Assembly: GCA_040388095.1 (NCBI GenBank)
Contig: JAZKCM010000002.1
Location: forward strand, 7,264 to 71,263
Direction: 5' to 3'
Source: Patescibacteria group bacterium
GTDB taxonomy: Bacteria > Patescibacteriota > Minisyncoccia > Phycocordibacterales > UBA9973
Length of the DNA: 64,000 bases
The notes below the pieces were generated by a model. The model did no database searches, was not told the DNA's origin, and saw nothing but the letters and a program-made list of their open reading frames with translations. Shown here one piece after another: positions 1 through 9,193 of the stretch (the stretch's first letter is position 1; each line of letters opens with the position of its first letter). Both the position numbers and the translations under genes were made by a program.

Positions 1-1
1 A

Positions 2-235
2 TGCGTTATAACTAAAAAAGGTTCACTTGTCGCTGGAGGATACTCCAACCGTACTCGTGCGACCAAGTTCAACCCGACAGGCAAGGTCCGCAAATACCCA
101 AATCTTCAGAAAAAGAAGGTCTTTGTTCCTGAGCTCGGCAAGACTTTTAATCTCGAAATCTCAACACAAGGAATGCGTACACTAGCCAAGAACGGCCCAT
201 ACGCAACCCTCAAAAAAGCTGGAGTTTTCAAATAA
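2..235 (+). CDS. rpmB: 50S ribosomal protein L28, 5'-truncated by the window edge
   Basis: Frame 2 translated by hand: CVITKKGSLVAGGYSNRTRATKFNPTGKVRKYPNLQKKKVFVPELGKTFNLEISTQGMRTL; typical L28 C..T.K and PNLQ motifs. Not in the ORF track. Confidence 0.92.
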   Translation, partial: CVITKKGSLVAGGYSNRTRATKFNPTGKVRKYPNLQKKKVFVPELGKTFNLEISTQGMRTLAKNGPYATLKKAGVFK

Positions 236-267
236 AAAAACCTTAACAAATTGTTAAGGTTTTTTTA
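234..267 (+). terminator. Intrinsic terminator after rpmB
   Basis: aaaccttaacaa-a-ttgttaaggttt plus T-tract. Confidence 0.8.
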
Positions 268-305
268 TTGACTCAAACAATTCTAAACTGGTATAGTTGG
301 GTTAT

Positions 306-1511
306 ATGAAATGGCCAGAAATGATGTCGAGAAACGAAATGCCGAAAAACTATCAGGAGGCTTTTAAAAATCTCGCAAATAAGCTTATTTTCACAGAACC
401 GACAGATATGCTTATCAATAAGGAAAACATAAAAGCAATTTCTCAAAAAATACAAGACGAATCTATTGATTTGGATGACAATCTTCAAACAGAGAGACGT
501 AGAGCTACAAATAGACTCATTGGAATAAAAACAGAAGTACCAAAATTTTCCATGTTAGAAGGAATTATTAATAAATCAGAAAAAGATTTTCTTGAAGATA
601 TATCTGCGACTACCATAGCATTAAATGTAATAGACGACGGAGTGCAATATCACACTTGGGGTTTTACTCCGAAATTAGCAAAAAATGCTGGCGAAAAAGA
701 TATCAATAGAAATTGCTTTGGTATGACCACTTTTATCGGAGCATTATGTAACAAAAGAGGAATAAAAATAGATATGGGTATTACTCCCGATCATCCATAT
801 GTGATTGCGTACTTAGAAGATGGTTCATATATAGCCGATGGTCAAAACAAGCTCAAAAAATTGACTGGTAATTTTGAAGAACATGGAAATTACAAAATAT
901 ACAGGCCAACAAAAGAAGATAAGCTTTTGACAAAAATGATCATGATAGAAGATTTTGATCAAGCCCTCATATATGAAACTTTTGAAAACATCGAGATATT
1001 AAGGCAAATTTCATTAGGAAAGAAAGATATTACCCTACCCGGAAGCTACGAAGAAGGTATGAAGATTGCCGATGAAAATAAAGAGCTCTTGCAAAAAATT
1101 GACTGGAGAGATATGCAGAAAAAATTATTCCCTGAAATACACAAGTCGTTTATTGAAAATAAGAAAGATTGGGAAGAAGAAATCAAGCGCATGGGTGACA
1201 AAAGGAAACAATACTTTGCTGAAAATACTTTCTTTGAAATGTCAGAAGATGCGAAAAAATTTGTCCTGTTAAGAGAAGATTTAAAAGATAAATGGAAAGA
1301 TATAAATCTTGTATTTAAAAAACATAAAGAGGAAATAATTGAATTCTTGTTCAAGAATATAGATTTTAAAAAAACAACACCTGACGAAGTGAAGCTTTAT
1401 TTCTATTATATAAAGAGTCAGGTTGAAAAGAAGGGAAATAATGAAGTTATTCCGAAAGATGTTTATAATGTCATAGAAAATCTTCTATTTGACAAAAGTT
1501 CTAAAAAGTAA
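306..1511 (+). CDS. Hypothetical protein with possible transglutaminase/papain-like Cys-His-Asp triad
   Basis: Long ORF with NCFGMTT...DHPYVIAYL...YIADG; ATG 306 lies just after a TATAGT -10. Confidence 0.6.
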   Translation: MKWPEMMSRNEMPKNYQEAFKNLANKLIFTEPTDMLINKENIKAISQKIQDESIDLDDNLQTERRRATNRLIGIKTEVPKFSMLEGIINKSEKDFLEDISATTIALNVIDDGVQYHTWGFTPKLAKNAGEKDINRNCFGMTTFIGALCNKRGIKIDMGITPDHPYVIAYLEDGSYIADGQNKLKKLTGNFEEHGNYKIYRPTKEDKLLTKMIMIEDFDQALIYETFENIEILRQISLGKKDITLPGSYEEGMKIADENKELLQKIDWRDMQKKLFPEIHKSFIENKKDWEEEIKRMGDKRKQYFAENTFFEMSEDAKKFVLLREDLKDKWKDINLVFKKHKEEIIEFLFKNIDFKKTTPDEVKLYFYYIKSQVEKKGNNEVIPKDVYNVIENLLFDKSSKK

Positions 1512-1559
1512 TAGAATGAAATAAATTTGTTTTATTGTTTCATTTAAAATATATAAGCG

Positions 1560-1730
1560 ATGTTAGAGAAACTGCGTAAACTTGAAGAAAATCTCGAAAA
1601 ATTCTACAAAGAAACAAAATTAGAAATTTCCAAAATGAAAGAGGTCTGGAACCAAAAGTCTGAAGTTCCTGTCAGGCAGTCTGGATGCAACCTCAAAAGC
1701 CCTTCTGGTTTAAAAAATGTTTGGAATTAG
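1560..1730 (+). CDS. Small hypothetical protein (56 aa)
   Basis: ATG 1560 to TAG 1730 (MLEKLRKLEENLEKFYKETKLEISKMKEVW...), followed by a terminator. Confidence 0.4.
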   Translation: MLEKLRKLEENLEKFYKETKLEISKMKEVWNQKSEVPVRQSGCNLKSPSGLKNVWN

Positions 1731-1747
1731 ATTTCCTGTAGGAAACC

Positions 1748-1782
1748 AAAGTGCTCAATCCCTAATGGATTGAGCACTTTTT
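1748..1782. terminator. Bidirectional terminator
   Basis: aaagtgctcaatcc-ctaat-ggattgagcacttt between convergent ORFs. Confidence 0.75.
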
Positions 1783-2633
1783 TATTTATATATAAATTTC
1801 TCCCCATCACTTTTAAATATTATCGTACCGAGCAGATCGGTGCGGAGGATTTTGATATGAAAAGAATTTAAGGTATCCAGTGTTTCTTGATGCGGGTGGC
1901 CGTAGCTGTTGCCTTTGCCGTCGGAGATGAGGGCGTAAGTTGGAGCGACGGCAGATACAAAGGCTTTGGAAGTCGAAGTATGCGAGCCGTGATGCCCAAT
2001 TTTTAAAATATCCGATTTTAAAAATTGGGCAGAGTTTTCAGAAAGCACAATTGCTTCGGTGAGCTTTGTCGCATCACCGGTAAGTATGATCGAATTATTT
2101 CCATATGTCAGCCGGCTTATAATCGAACCGTCATTGGTGGACCAATGAGAAACATCACGGTCGGGAAACAATATTTCAGTTTTTGCTCCAGCACCAAGGT
2201 CGAGCACCATTCCCTTAGTCGCGATTATCTTCTTCACATTTTTCTCTTTTACGAGCTGTTCTACTGTCGCATAGGTTTTTGATTTATTGAAAGTTCCAGG
2301 CTCGATGATGTACGAGACTTCATAATTTTTAAGAATATCCACGAACCCGCCGATATGGTCGGCATCAGGGTTGGTAATCATCAGCACATCGATCTTCTTA
2401 TCGTAGAGTGGCAAGACTTCAGCAAGCGGAGCAAGGATACTATGCGTAGGCCCGCCGTCGATGAGCATCTGCACACCAGACGGCGACTCTACGAAAAGTG
2501 CATCGCCTTGGCCGACGTCGAGCATAGCAAAAGTCATTTTTCTATGTGAATTTTGCCAATCTGTATAAAAAAGAAAAACAACGACAGCTAAAAGCAAGGT
2601 AGTGCAAAAAAGTAAAAAATACTTCTTAATCAT
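1782..2633 (-). CDS. ComEC-associated MBL-fold metallo-hydrolase (stand-alone ComEC C-terminal domain)
   Basis: LDVGQGDA, LIDGG, TNPDADHIGG, LTGDA, GHHGSHTS, NSYGHPH, RTDLLGTI motifs; N-terminal TM helix. Confidence 0.9.
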   Translation of the reverse strand: MIKKYFLLFCTTLLLAVVVFLFYTDWQNSHRKMTFAMLDVGQGDALFVESPSGVQMLIDGGPTHSILAPLAEVLPLYDKKIDVLMITNPDADHIGGFVDILKNYEVSYIIEPGTFNKSKTYATVEQLVKEKNVKKIIATKGMVLDLGAGAKTEILFPDRDVSHWSTNDGSIISRLTYGNNSIILTGDATKLTEAIVLSENSAQFLKSDILKIGHHGSHTSTSKAFVSAVAPTYALISDGKGNSYGHPHQETLDTLNSFHIKILRTDLLGTIIFKSDGEKFIYK

Positions 2634-2649
2634 GCTATAATTTTAACAT

Positions 2650-3243
2650 ATGCAAAAATTTGAAGAAAAGAAATTTAATATCGGTGAATTAAAAGGCATT
2701 TCAGCAAAAAATGTCGAGGAGCACTTGAAGCTATATGCAGGATATGTGAAAAGTGTGAACTTTATAATAGACAAGATTAGTGAATTCGCACCTGATGTGG
2801 AAAAAAATATGTATGTGATGGGAGAGCTCTTCCGCAGATTCGGTTTTGAATTCAATGGTATGAGAAATCATGAATATTATTTCAAATCACTCGAAGGCGG
2901 AGCAAAGATGTTGCCTGAGAATTCAGAATTAAAAAAACAAATTGAAAAACAAGCTCCATCTTTTGATGCATGGCTTTCTGCTTTTAAAATACTCGCGATG
3001 ACTCGTGGAGTCGGCTGGGCAATACTTTACTATGACAAGCAGACACAGCAACTGATGCACACCTGGGTAGATGAACAACATTTAGGACAACTCAACGGAT
3101 GCGATATGGTTCTCGGTATCGATATGTGGGAACATGCATATGTCTACGACTATCCTACTTCTGAAAAGAAAAAATATATCGATGCATTTTTCGAAAATTT
3201 AAATTGGGAAATCATCGAGGAAAATTTTAAGAAAGTAAAATAG
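2650..3243 (+). CDS. sod: Fe/Mn superoxide dismutase
   Basis: Metal-ligand motifs EEHLKLY, NHEYYF and IDMWEHAY; GVGW motif. Confidence 0.93.
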   Translation: MQKFEEKKFNIGELKGISAKNVEEHLKLYAGYVKSVNFIIDKISEFAPDVEKNMYVMGELFRRFGFEFNGMRNHEYYFKSLEGGAKMLPENSELKKQIEKQAPSFDAWLSAFKILAMTRGVGWAILYYDKQTQQLMHTWVDEQHLGQLNGCDMVLGIDMWEHAYVYDYPTSEKKKYIDAFFENLNWEIIEENFKKVK

Positions 3244-3250
3244 AAAATAA

Positions 3251-3279
3251 AAAAAAGCGAACCTTAGGTTCGCTTTTTT
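3251..3279. terminator. Bidirectional terminator after sod
   Basis: aaaaaagcgaacct-t-aggttcgctttttt. Confidence 0.8.
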
Positions 3280-3404
3280 GTTGGTAATTGCCAATTTTTA
3301 GTGGCCACCGACTTGATTTAATGAAACCTTTTTCATTTTTTCTTAAGTTTTAATTTGTACTAATTTAATACTCGTATAGAAGTATATCAAAATAATAGGA
3401 AATA

Positions 3405-4733
3405 TCAATTATTAGCCTGAAATATCTTCTTTATACTTTTCCAAAAAAGTTTGTAAAAGAAAAATAGGTAAATTAAAATAGTAATCCATAATGGAAAACT
3501 TGGTATCGTAAAAGATGCAAAAGGAAGATTTGAAAAGAATGCGATAGCTCCTAATTCATAATGAAGCAAAAAATATGAAAGGTAACCGAAAGGAATAGCG
3601 AACGGAAAGAAAATCAGGCCGATGAAACCAGTAATAAAACCGAGGAGCATTGTGAATGGAATAAACGGAAGTACGGTGATGTTTGCAGGCAAGGCGACGA
3701 GCGAGAAATTGCCCATATTATAAAGAATAAATGGTGTGACAAATATGTATGCGGAAAATGTCACCGTTACGATATCACGTAGCCAATTCCACCCAATCCA
3801 CATAAAATATTTCTCCATTTTCGGCGAGAGGAAAATTACTGCAATAGTCGCCAAGAATGAAAGCTGAAAAGAGACATCGTAAATGAGGACGAAGGGATTG
3901 AGCACGACCATAAATACGCCAGCGAGGATCAGAGCGCGGGCGACGTCGTAATTCCTCCCCGTCGCCCGCGCGATGAGTGCAAGGATCGCCATAATTCCAG
4001 CCCGCACCGCAGTCGAAGACCCGCCCGACATTAACACGAAAAGAAATATCGAGAATATGCCGACTCCAATACCAAAATTCTTTGGCAAAAAAGAAAATAT
4101 TTTCATAATCCATTCAGCAACGATAGTGACGTTGTATCCTGAAAGTGCGACTATATGTATCGTGCCTGTGTTTACGAAGCTTTCTCGTAACGCTTGGCTG
4201 AATGAAGATTTCTCTCCTAAAATGAGTCCACCCATCAGTAAACTTTCCGGCTGAGGTATTGCGCGATTCATCTTTTCTAAAAATTTTTCCTTCGCGAAAA
4301 ACAACATGCTTTTCACAAAATTCCCGTGCCTATGCGAAAGCACTTCTATCTTCGTATATTGCATCGTGTAGAAAATGCCATCTTTTTTGAGATAATGAAT
4401 GTAGTCAAAAGTCTTCCCTTGATCAGTCAGGAAATTCTCCGGCTTCTCCAATTTCCCTATTACCGAAATCTCATCACCATAATTGAAATCTTCATCCAAC
4501 CCAGCAGTGATTAATACTTTCGTCTCTTCATTTCCAACTTTCACCTCGACAGTAATCTTTTGATTCTTCTCTCGTATGTCAGGTTCGTCGATGATGATGC
4601 CTTTGAAGCTCACTTTTTCTCCGACATTATTTTCAAATACTTCCGGCCCCGGCTTGTCGAGAAAAAAGAAAAGCCTCGCCACTGAGATGAGGATCAGTGC
4701 GAGGCATATGACATAGAAAATTTTGTCTTTCAT
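3405..4733 (-). CDS. comEC: ComEC/Rec2 competence channel (OB + Competence domains)
   Basis: HIVALSGYNV, SAVRAGIM-like motif, DVSFQLSFLAT, multiple TM helices. Confidence 0.92.
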   Translation of the reverse strand: MKDKIFYVICLALILISVARLFFFLDKPGPEVFENNVGEKVSFKGIIIDEPDIREKNQKITVEVKVGNEETKVLITAGLDEDFNYGDEISVIGKLEKPENFLTDQGKTFDYIHYLKKDGIFYTMQYTKIEVLSHRHGNFVKSMLFFAKEKFLEKMNRAIPQPESLLMGGLILGEKSSFSQALRESFVNTGTIHIVALSGYNVTIVAEWIMKIFSFLPKNFGIGVGIFSIFLFVLMSGGSSTAVRAGIMAILALIARATGRNYDVARALILAGVFMVVLNPFVLIYDVSFQLSFLATIAVIFLSPKMEKYFMWIGWNWLRDIVTVTFSAYIFVTPFILYNMGNFSLVALPANITVLPFIPFTMLLGFITGFIGLIFFPFAIPFGYLSYFLLHYELGAIAFFSNLPFASFTIPSFPLWITILIYLFFFYKLFWKSIKKIFQANN

Positions 4734-4734
4734 A

Positions 4735-5202
4735 TTAGTGCTGGATTAATTTAATAGGTTCATTATCAGCAAAACTTGTCGCGATGACGTCTGCGCGTTC
4801 GTTGTGTTCGATGCCTGCGTGACCTTTCACATATGTCCATTTTATTTTAAAATCTTTCACCAAATCATAAAGTTCTATCCAGAGCTCTTTATTCAAAACC
4901 GGCTTCTTTGCCGCATTGTGCCAATTATTTTTTTGCCAGTTGAAAATCCAGTCGGTAATACCGTTAATTACATATTTTGAATCAGAAAATATTTCTACAT
5001 TCCCGGTAAATTGTATTTTCTTTAAATGTTTCAACGCTCCAATCGGTGCGGAAAGCTCCATCTGGTTATTCGTAGCGACATCTGCCCTGCCTCCGAGCTC
5101 GTGAATTTTCTTTCCGTCGATAACGATAGCTCCCCAGCCCGCCTTGCCTGGATTCCCTCTCGCCGCCCCGTCTGTATAGATAATGATTTTATCGTTATGC
5201 AT
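4735..5202 (-). CDS. rnhA: Ribonuclease HI
   Basis: YTDGAARGNPG, TNNQMEL, SDSKYV, VKGHAGIEHNERAD. Confidence 0.96.
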   Translation of the reverse strand: MHNDKIIIYTDGAARGNPGKAGWGAIVIDGKKIHELGGRADVATNNQMELSAPIGALKHLKKIQFTGNVEIFSDSKYVINGITDWIFNWQKNNWHNAAKKPVLNKELWIELYDLVKDFKIKWTYVKGHAGIEHNERADVIATSFADNEPIKLIQH

Positions 5203-5209
5203 AAAAATA

Positions 5210-6844
5210 TTATACCAAATCTTCTACTCGCAGACGAAGTTCGACACGACCGGCGAAACGAGACAAATCAAAAGTAGCGAGAAGTGATATCGGCTCACCA
5301 ACTGCTGGAATTTTTGTAAAAGATTCAGGAGAAGAGAAAAAAGAAATAGCTTTTATGTTTTGTCCACGAGAGTTCATAAAAGAAAATTCTAAATGCTCGC
5401 TCGCTTTACCAAATGTTTTAATAGCATTCACTGGAATATTTTCAAAAAGAAACATTGGTTTTGGGTTAGAGAGTCCGAAAGGCGACATTTTTTCTATTTC
5501 TTTCCAATTTTGCATATTTATATCATCGAGACTTAATTTCAAATCATAATTATATTCAATAATAGTAGAAGTTTCTTTTTTAACTTTTATAAAAGAATTG
5601 CAAAGTGCTTCCTCTAAAGAATGTATTTTTTCATTGTGTACAGAAAACCCACCAGCACCTTCATGCCCACCAAACTCGGCAAAATATTCTTTTGTTTCTG
5701 TCATAAGCTCTACGACTGACACAGAACCATCAGAACGACAGGATCCTTTTATAACATCATTCTCATCTCTCCCCCAAACGAATGCTGGTCTTTTGTATTC
5801 ATCAGTTATTTTCCCTGCGATAAGTCCAAGTACACCGACTTTCCATAATGGATTACCGATGACTATAACTTCTGTATGTTCTCTTTTTTCAAATTTTTTA
5901 TTTATATCTCGCATAATACTTTTTACAAGATTTTTTCTATCATCATTTATATCTGAAAGATGATTTGCAAGTTTCTCACCTTCTGCAACATCTTTCGTCG
6001 CGAGTAATTCAAAAGCTCTTCTCGGATCATCCATGCGTGACGCAGCATTAAGTCTTGGAGTAATCATAAAACCAATATCATCTTCAGTAAGATACTCTTG
6101 TGCAATTTTTGTTTTACGAAGAAGTGCTTTTAGTCCTGGGCGTGGAGACTTTCTTAACACTTTCATTCCAAAATATGCCAATGCTCTATTTTCTCCAAGT
6201 AGTGGCACCATATCTGAAAGAGTTGCTAATCCTGCCATATCGAGAAGCCATTTCTCCCAGCCAGCTGAAATTTCCTGATATTTTAAAATTCCTTGTGCAA
6301 ATTTGAAAGCGACACCTGCGCCACAGAGCATTTTCTCAGGATAATCATCGCATTTAGGATTAAGAATTGCGAAAGCTTTTGGAATTTCCGCATGAGGTAA
6401 ATGGTGATCCGTAATAATTACATCGATACCATGCTTTTGTGCATCGGCAACTTCTTTAACAGCAGTTATGCCGAGGTCGATAGTTATTAAAACTTTTACT
6501 CCATCTTCTTTCATTCTCTCTACTGATTCAGTATTCAAACCATAACCTTCAGAATTTCTCTGTGGAATATATACTTCAATGTTTTTATATTCAAGTTTTT
6601 CAAATAAATCATTTAAAATAACTGCACCTGGTATGCCATCACAATCATAGTCAGCATAAATCAAAATCTTTTCGTTGTTTTTTATAGCTTCAAATATACG
6701 CTCGCATGATTTTTGCATATCACGCATTAAAAACGGATCTAAAATATCACGTTCGTAGTTAGGATTTAAGAAATTTTCTATCGCTTCTTTGCCTTGTATT
6801 CCTCTTTTTTCAAGTAATTTTTCTAGTAATTCTGTGTTAGTCAT
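5210..6844 (-). CDS. recJ: ssDNA-specific exonuclease RecJ
   Basis: DYDCDG, ITDHH, PRLNAASR, GSCRS, GGHEGAGG, PFGLSNPKP. Confidence 0.96.
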   Translation of the reverse strand: MTNTELLEKLLEKRGIQGKEAIENFLNPNYERDILDPFLMRDMQKSCERIFEAIKNNEKILIYADYDCDGIPGAVILNDLFEKLEYKNIEVYIPQRNSEGYGLNTESVERMKEDGVKVLITIDLGITAVKEVADAQKHGIDVIITDHHLPHAEIPKAFAILNPKCDDYPEKMLCGAGVAFKFAQGILKYQEISAGWEKWLLDMAGLATLSDMVPLLGENRALAYFGMKVLRKSPRPGLKALLRKTKIAQEYLTEDDIGFMITPRLNAASRMDDPRRAFELLATKDVAEGEKLANHLSDINDDRKNLVKSIMRDINKKFEKREHTEVIVIGNPLWKVGVLGLIAGKITDEYKRPAFVWGRDENDVIKGSCRSDGSVSVVELMTETKEYFAEFGGHEGAGGFSVHNEKIHSLEEALCNSFIKVKKETSTIIEYNYDLKLSLDDINMQNWKEIEKMSPFGLSNPKPMFLFENIPVNAIKTFGKASEHLEFSFMNSRGQNIKAISFFSSPESFTKIPAVGEPISLLATFDLSRFAGRVELRLRVEDLV

Positions 6845-6873
6845 AGGACTGATTTTATCATATAATAGTAACT

Positions 6874-7269
6874 ATGAATAATGACTGCATTTTCTGCAAA
6901 ATAATTAAAAATGAAATACCGAGTAATAAAGTCTACGAAGATGCTAATTTTTTAGCGTTTATGGATATCCAGCCGGTCTCTGATGGACACCTACTAGTAA
7001 TCCCCAAAACTCATGTCGAATGGATGCAGGACGCTGATGATGAAACAGTTGCGGGCGCATTTAAAATATCTAAAAAACTGATGACTTCAATTAAAAATAG
7101 TATTGGCTGTGATTATGTTCAAGTTTCTGTAGTAGGAAAAGACATACCTCATTTTCACATCCACCTCATACCTCGCTATTTCGACGATGGCTTTAAAGGA
7201 TATGAAACTAAAACATATAAAGAAGGCGAATCAAAAGTAATCGCTGAGAAAATTATTTCAGTACTCTAA
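6874..7269 (+). CDS. HIT family nucleotide hydrolase
   Basis: DCIFCKI...GHLLVIPK...HFHIHLIPR. Confidence 0.95.
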   Translation: MNNDCIFCKIIKNEIPSNKVYEDANFLAFMDIQPVSDGHLLVIPKTHVEWMQDADDETVAGAFKISKKLMTSIKNSIGCDYVQVSVVGKDIPHFHIHLIPRYFDDGFKGYETKTYKEGESKVIAEKIISVL

Positions 7270-7305
7270 CTATTGCAAAAGCAATTCTATTCTGATAATG
7301 TAAGC

Positions 7306-7538
7306 TTAATGTCAAGGGGAACCCTAGAGTTGTATTCAATGTAAGTATGTAGGAATACTGGGTTATGTGATGAGAGGTAACTCCTCATAATCACTCTAGT
7401 TCTTTAAAAAACTAGAAGGTCTATAAAAAATGTTGCTTGCAGAAATGCGGCCCCTTCTATCAGGACATTAACTGTACAAAGCTGGAAGACTTGCAAAGAA
7501 TTGCAAGCAAAAAGCGGCAGAAATTTCTGCCGCTTTTT
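7306..7538 (+). ncRNA. Candidate structured non-coding RNA of unknown class
   Basis: TTGCAA-17-TAATGT promoter at 7273-7301. Long-range pairings ttaatgtc/gacattaa, aagggg/cccctt and ctagagt/actctag. GNRA-capped hairpins and its own terminator. Confidence 0.5.
7509..7538. terminator. Bidirectional terminator (perfect 30-bp palindrome)
   Basis: aaaaagcggcagaaa|tttctgccgcttttt. Confidence 0.8.
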
Positions 7539-7541
7539 TAA

Positions 7542-8006
7542 TTAAAACAATTTCAATTGATGAGGGTCATTTGAATGATATCCTCGGTGAGGATTTAAAA
7601 GAAACAAAACGCTTTCTTCAAAAGACATACTGTGTTTTTCTTGAAGAAAATTGAAAACATCACCACTTTTACCACAACCAAAACATTTAAATGAACCGGA
7701 ACCATCGTTGTTATGAAAAACAACAAATGATGGCGTTTTCTCTTTGTGAAAAGGACAAATCCCTCTATAGCAAGGTTTTCTTTTTACACGTTTTTCAATA
7801 AGAAAACTTTTTATTCCTGAACTACTTTCAATGTAAATGAAGTTGCTGTTACTATAAATACTTTTTTCTGGTCTGGGAAGAGGAAAAAGATGATTATACA
7901 TTCCTTCGCCAGAACGTTTTGATTTCTTTAAAAATACATATTGTTTTATAATCTTTAGCGTTCTTTGAAATTGTTTTGGTCCTGTGATCCATTTTTCAGG
8001 GAACAT
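7542..8006 (-). CDS. Stand-alone CHC2 zinc-finger protein (DnaG N-terminal-like)
   Basis: GICPFHKEKTPSF...FKCFGCGKSGDVFNFL; no TOPRIM domain; AGGAGG upstream. Confidence 0.8.
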   Translation of the reverse strand: MFPEKWITGPKQFQRTLKIIKQYVFLKKSKRSGEGMYNHLFPLPRPEKSIYSNSNFIYIESSSGIKSFLIEKRVKRKPCYRGICPFHKEKTPSFVVFHNNDGSGSFKCFGCGKSGDVFNFLQEKHSMSFEESVLFLLNPHRGYHSNDPHQLKLF

Positions 8007-8074
8007 TTTTACCTCCTTTTTTAAAAGTTTATTTAAACCTAAAATACCATTTAAAAGATAAGAAGTAAAGAACG

Positions 8075-9193
8075 TTATTTCAAAGCTTTAATACCAGGCA
8101 AAGTTCCATTGGCAAGAAAATCGAGTGTTGCGCCACCGCCCGTCGAGACAAAAGAGAATTTATCTTCTAATTTTAATTCAGAAATTATTTCTACAGTGTC
8201 GCCGCCGCCGATAATGCTTTCGGCTTTTGCAGCTGCAACCATCTTCAATACTTCTTTCGTCGCACCGCCGGCACCAGCTTCGTATTTACCAAGCGGGCCG
8301 TTCCAGAGAATGAGTTTTGATTTTTTAATGACTGGCTCGAGAATTTTCAAAGATTCTTTGCCGACATCGAGAATAACGTCATTTTTTGAAATATCACGAA
8401 CATTTTTCTCTTCAAATTTTCCGTCAGCATTTTTCACGACTACGTATTCCGGAATAATGAGCTTTTTATTCTTTATTATCTTTTCAATGCTATAGTCGCC
8501 TTCATCTATGAGTGACTTACCTACTTGGTATCCTTTCGCTTTCAAGAAATCATTGAGCAATGCACCGCCGATAAAAATAGCATCAGCGAGGCGTAAATAT
8601 TTTTTAATAAGTGGCATTTTGGTAGAGAATTTCGCTCCGCCCAAGATAAAGAGAAATGGATGTTTCGGATCTTTTATCGCTTTTGATAAATTTTTTATTT
8701 CTGCCTGCAGTTGAAGGCCAGCATATGACGGAAGCAATTTTGGAAGGAGCACGAGAGATGTATCTTCACGATGAGACACAGAAAATGCTTCATTTACATA
8801 AAAGTCTGCAAGTTTCGCCAAGTTCATTGCAAAGAAATTGTTAAGTGATTGCTCGCCAGCATCATTGCGTAAATTCTCAAGCAAGACCACTTCCCCATTT
8901 TTCATATCTGCCACAGCTTTCGAAGCTTTCTCGCCAATTATTTCTGGCACGAATGTCGCTTTAACATATTTATTCAATACTTTTGCGACAGGTGCGAGCG
9001 TCTCTCCGCCTTTACCAAGATGAGCTATAAGAATAATCTTTGCTCCTTTTTTCTGTAAAAATTGTATCGTCGGCAACGCTTTTTGTATACGAAAATCATC
9101 TTCCACCTTGCCGTCTTTCATCGGTACATTGAAATCCACTCGCACGAGCGCGATTTTCCCTTTTATATTTTTTAATTCTTTAATGCTACGCAT
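8075..9193 (-). CDS. pgk: Phosphoglycerate kinase
   Basis: RVDFNVP, LLENLR, GGAK, WNGPLG, GGGDT, STGGGA; start moved to MRSIKEL (9193). Confidence 0.97.
   Translation of the reverse strand: MRSIKELKNIKGKIALVRVDFNVPMKDGKVEDDFRIQKALPTIQFLQKKGAKIILIAHLGKGGETLAPVAKVLNKYVKATFVPEIIGEKASKAVADMKNGEVVLLENLRNDAGEQSLNNFFAMNLAKLADFYVNEAFSVSHREDTSLVLLPKLLPSYAGLQLQAEIKNLSKAIKDPKHPFLFILGGAKFSTKMPLIKKYLRLADAIFIGGALLNDFLKAKGYQVGKSLIDEGDYSIEKIIKNKKLIIPEYVVVKNADGKFEEKNVRDISKNDVILDVGKESLKILEPVIKKSKLILWNGPLGKYEAGAGGATKEVLKMVAAAKAESIIGGGDTVEIISELKLEDKFSFVSTGGGATLDFLANGTLPGIKALK

Noticed and set aside
3298-7471. Two micro-ORFs both ending in GH-stop
   Set aside because: No other similarity; likely coincidence
7306-7538. 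tmRNA, RNase P RNA or SRP RNA
   Set aside because: No tRNA-like TTCGA..CCA end, no GAGGAAAGTCC, no SRP helix-8 motif
7542-8006. dnaG primase
   Set aside because: Only the zinc finger is present; no catalytic TOPRIM core
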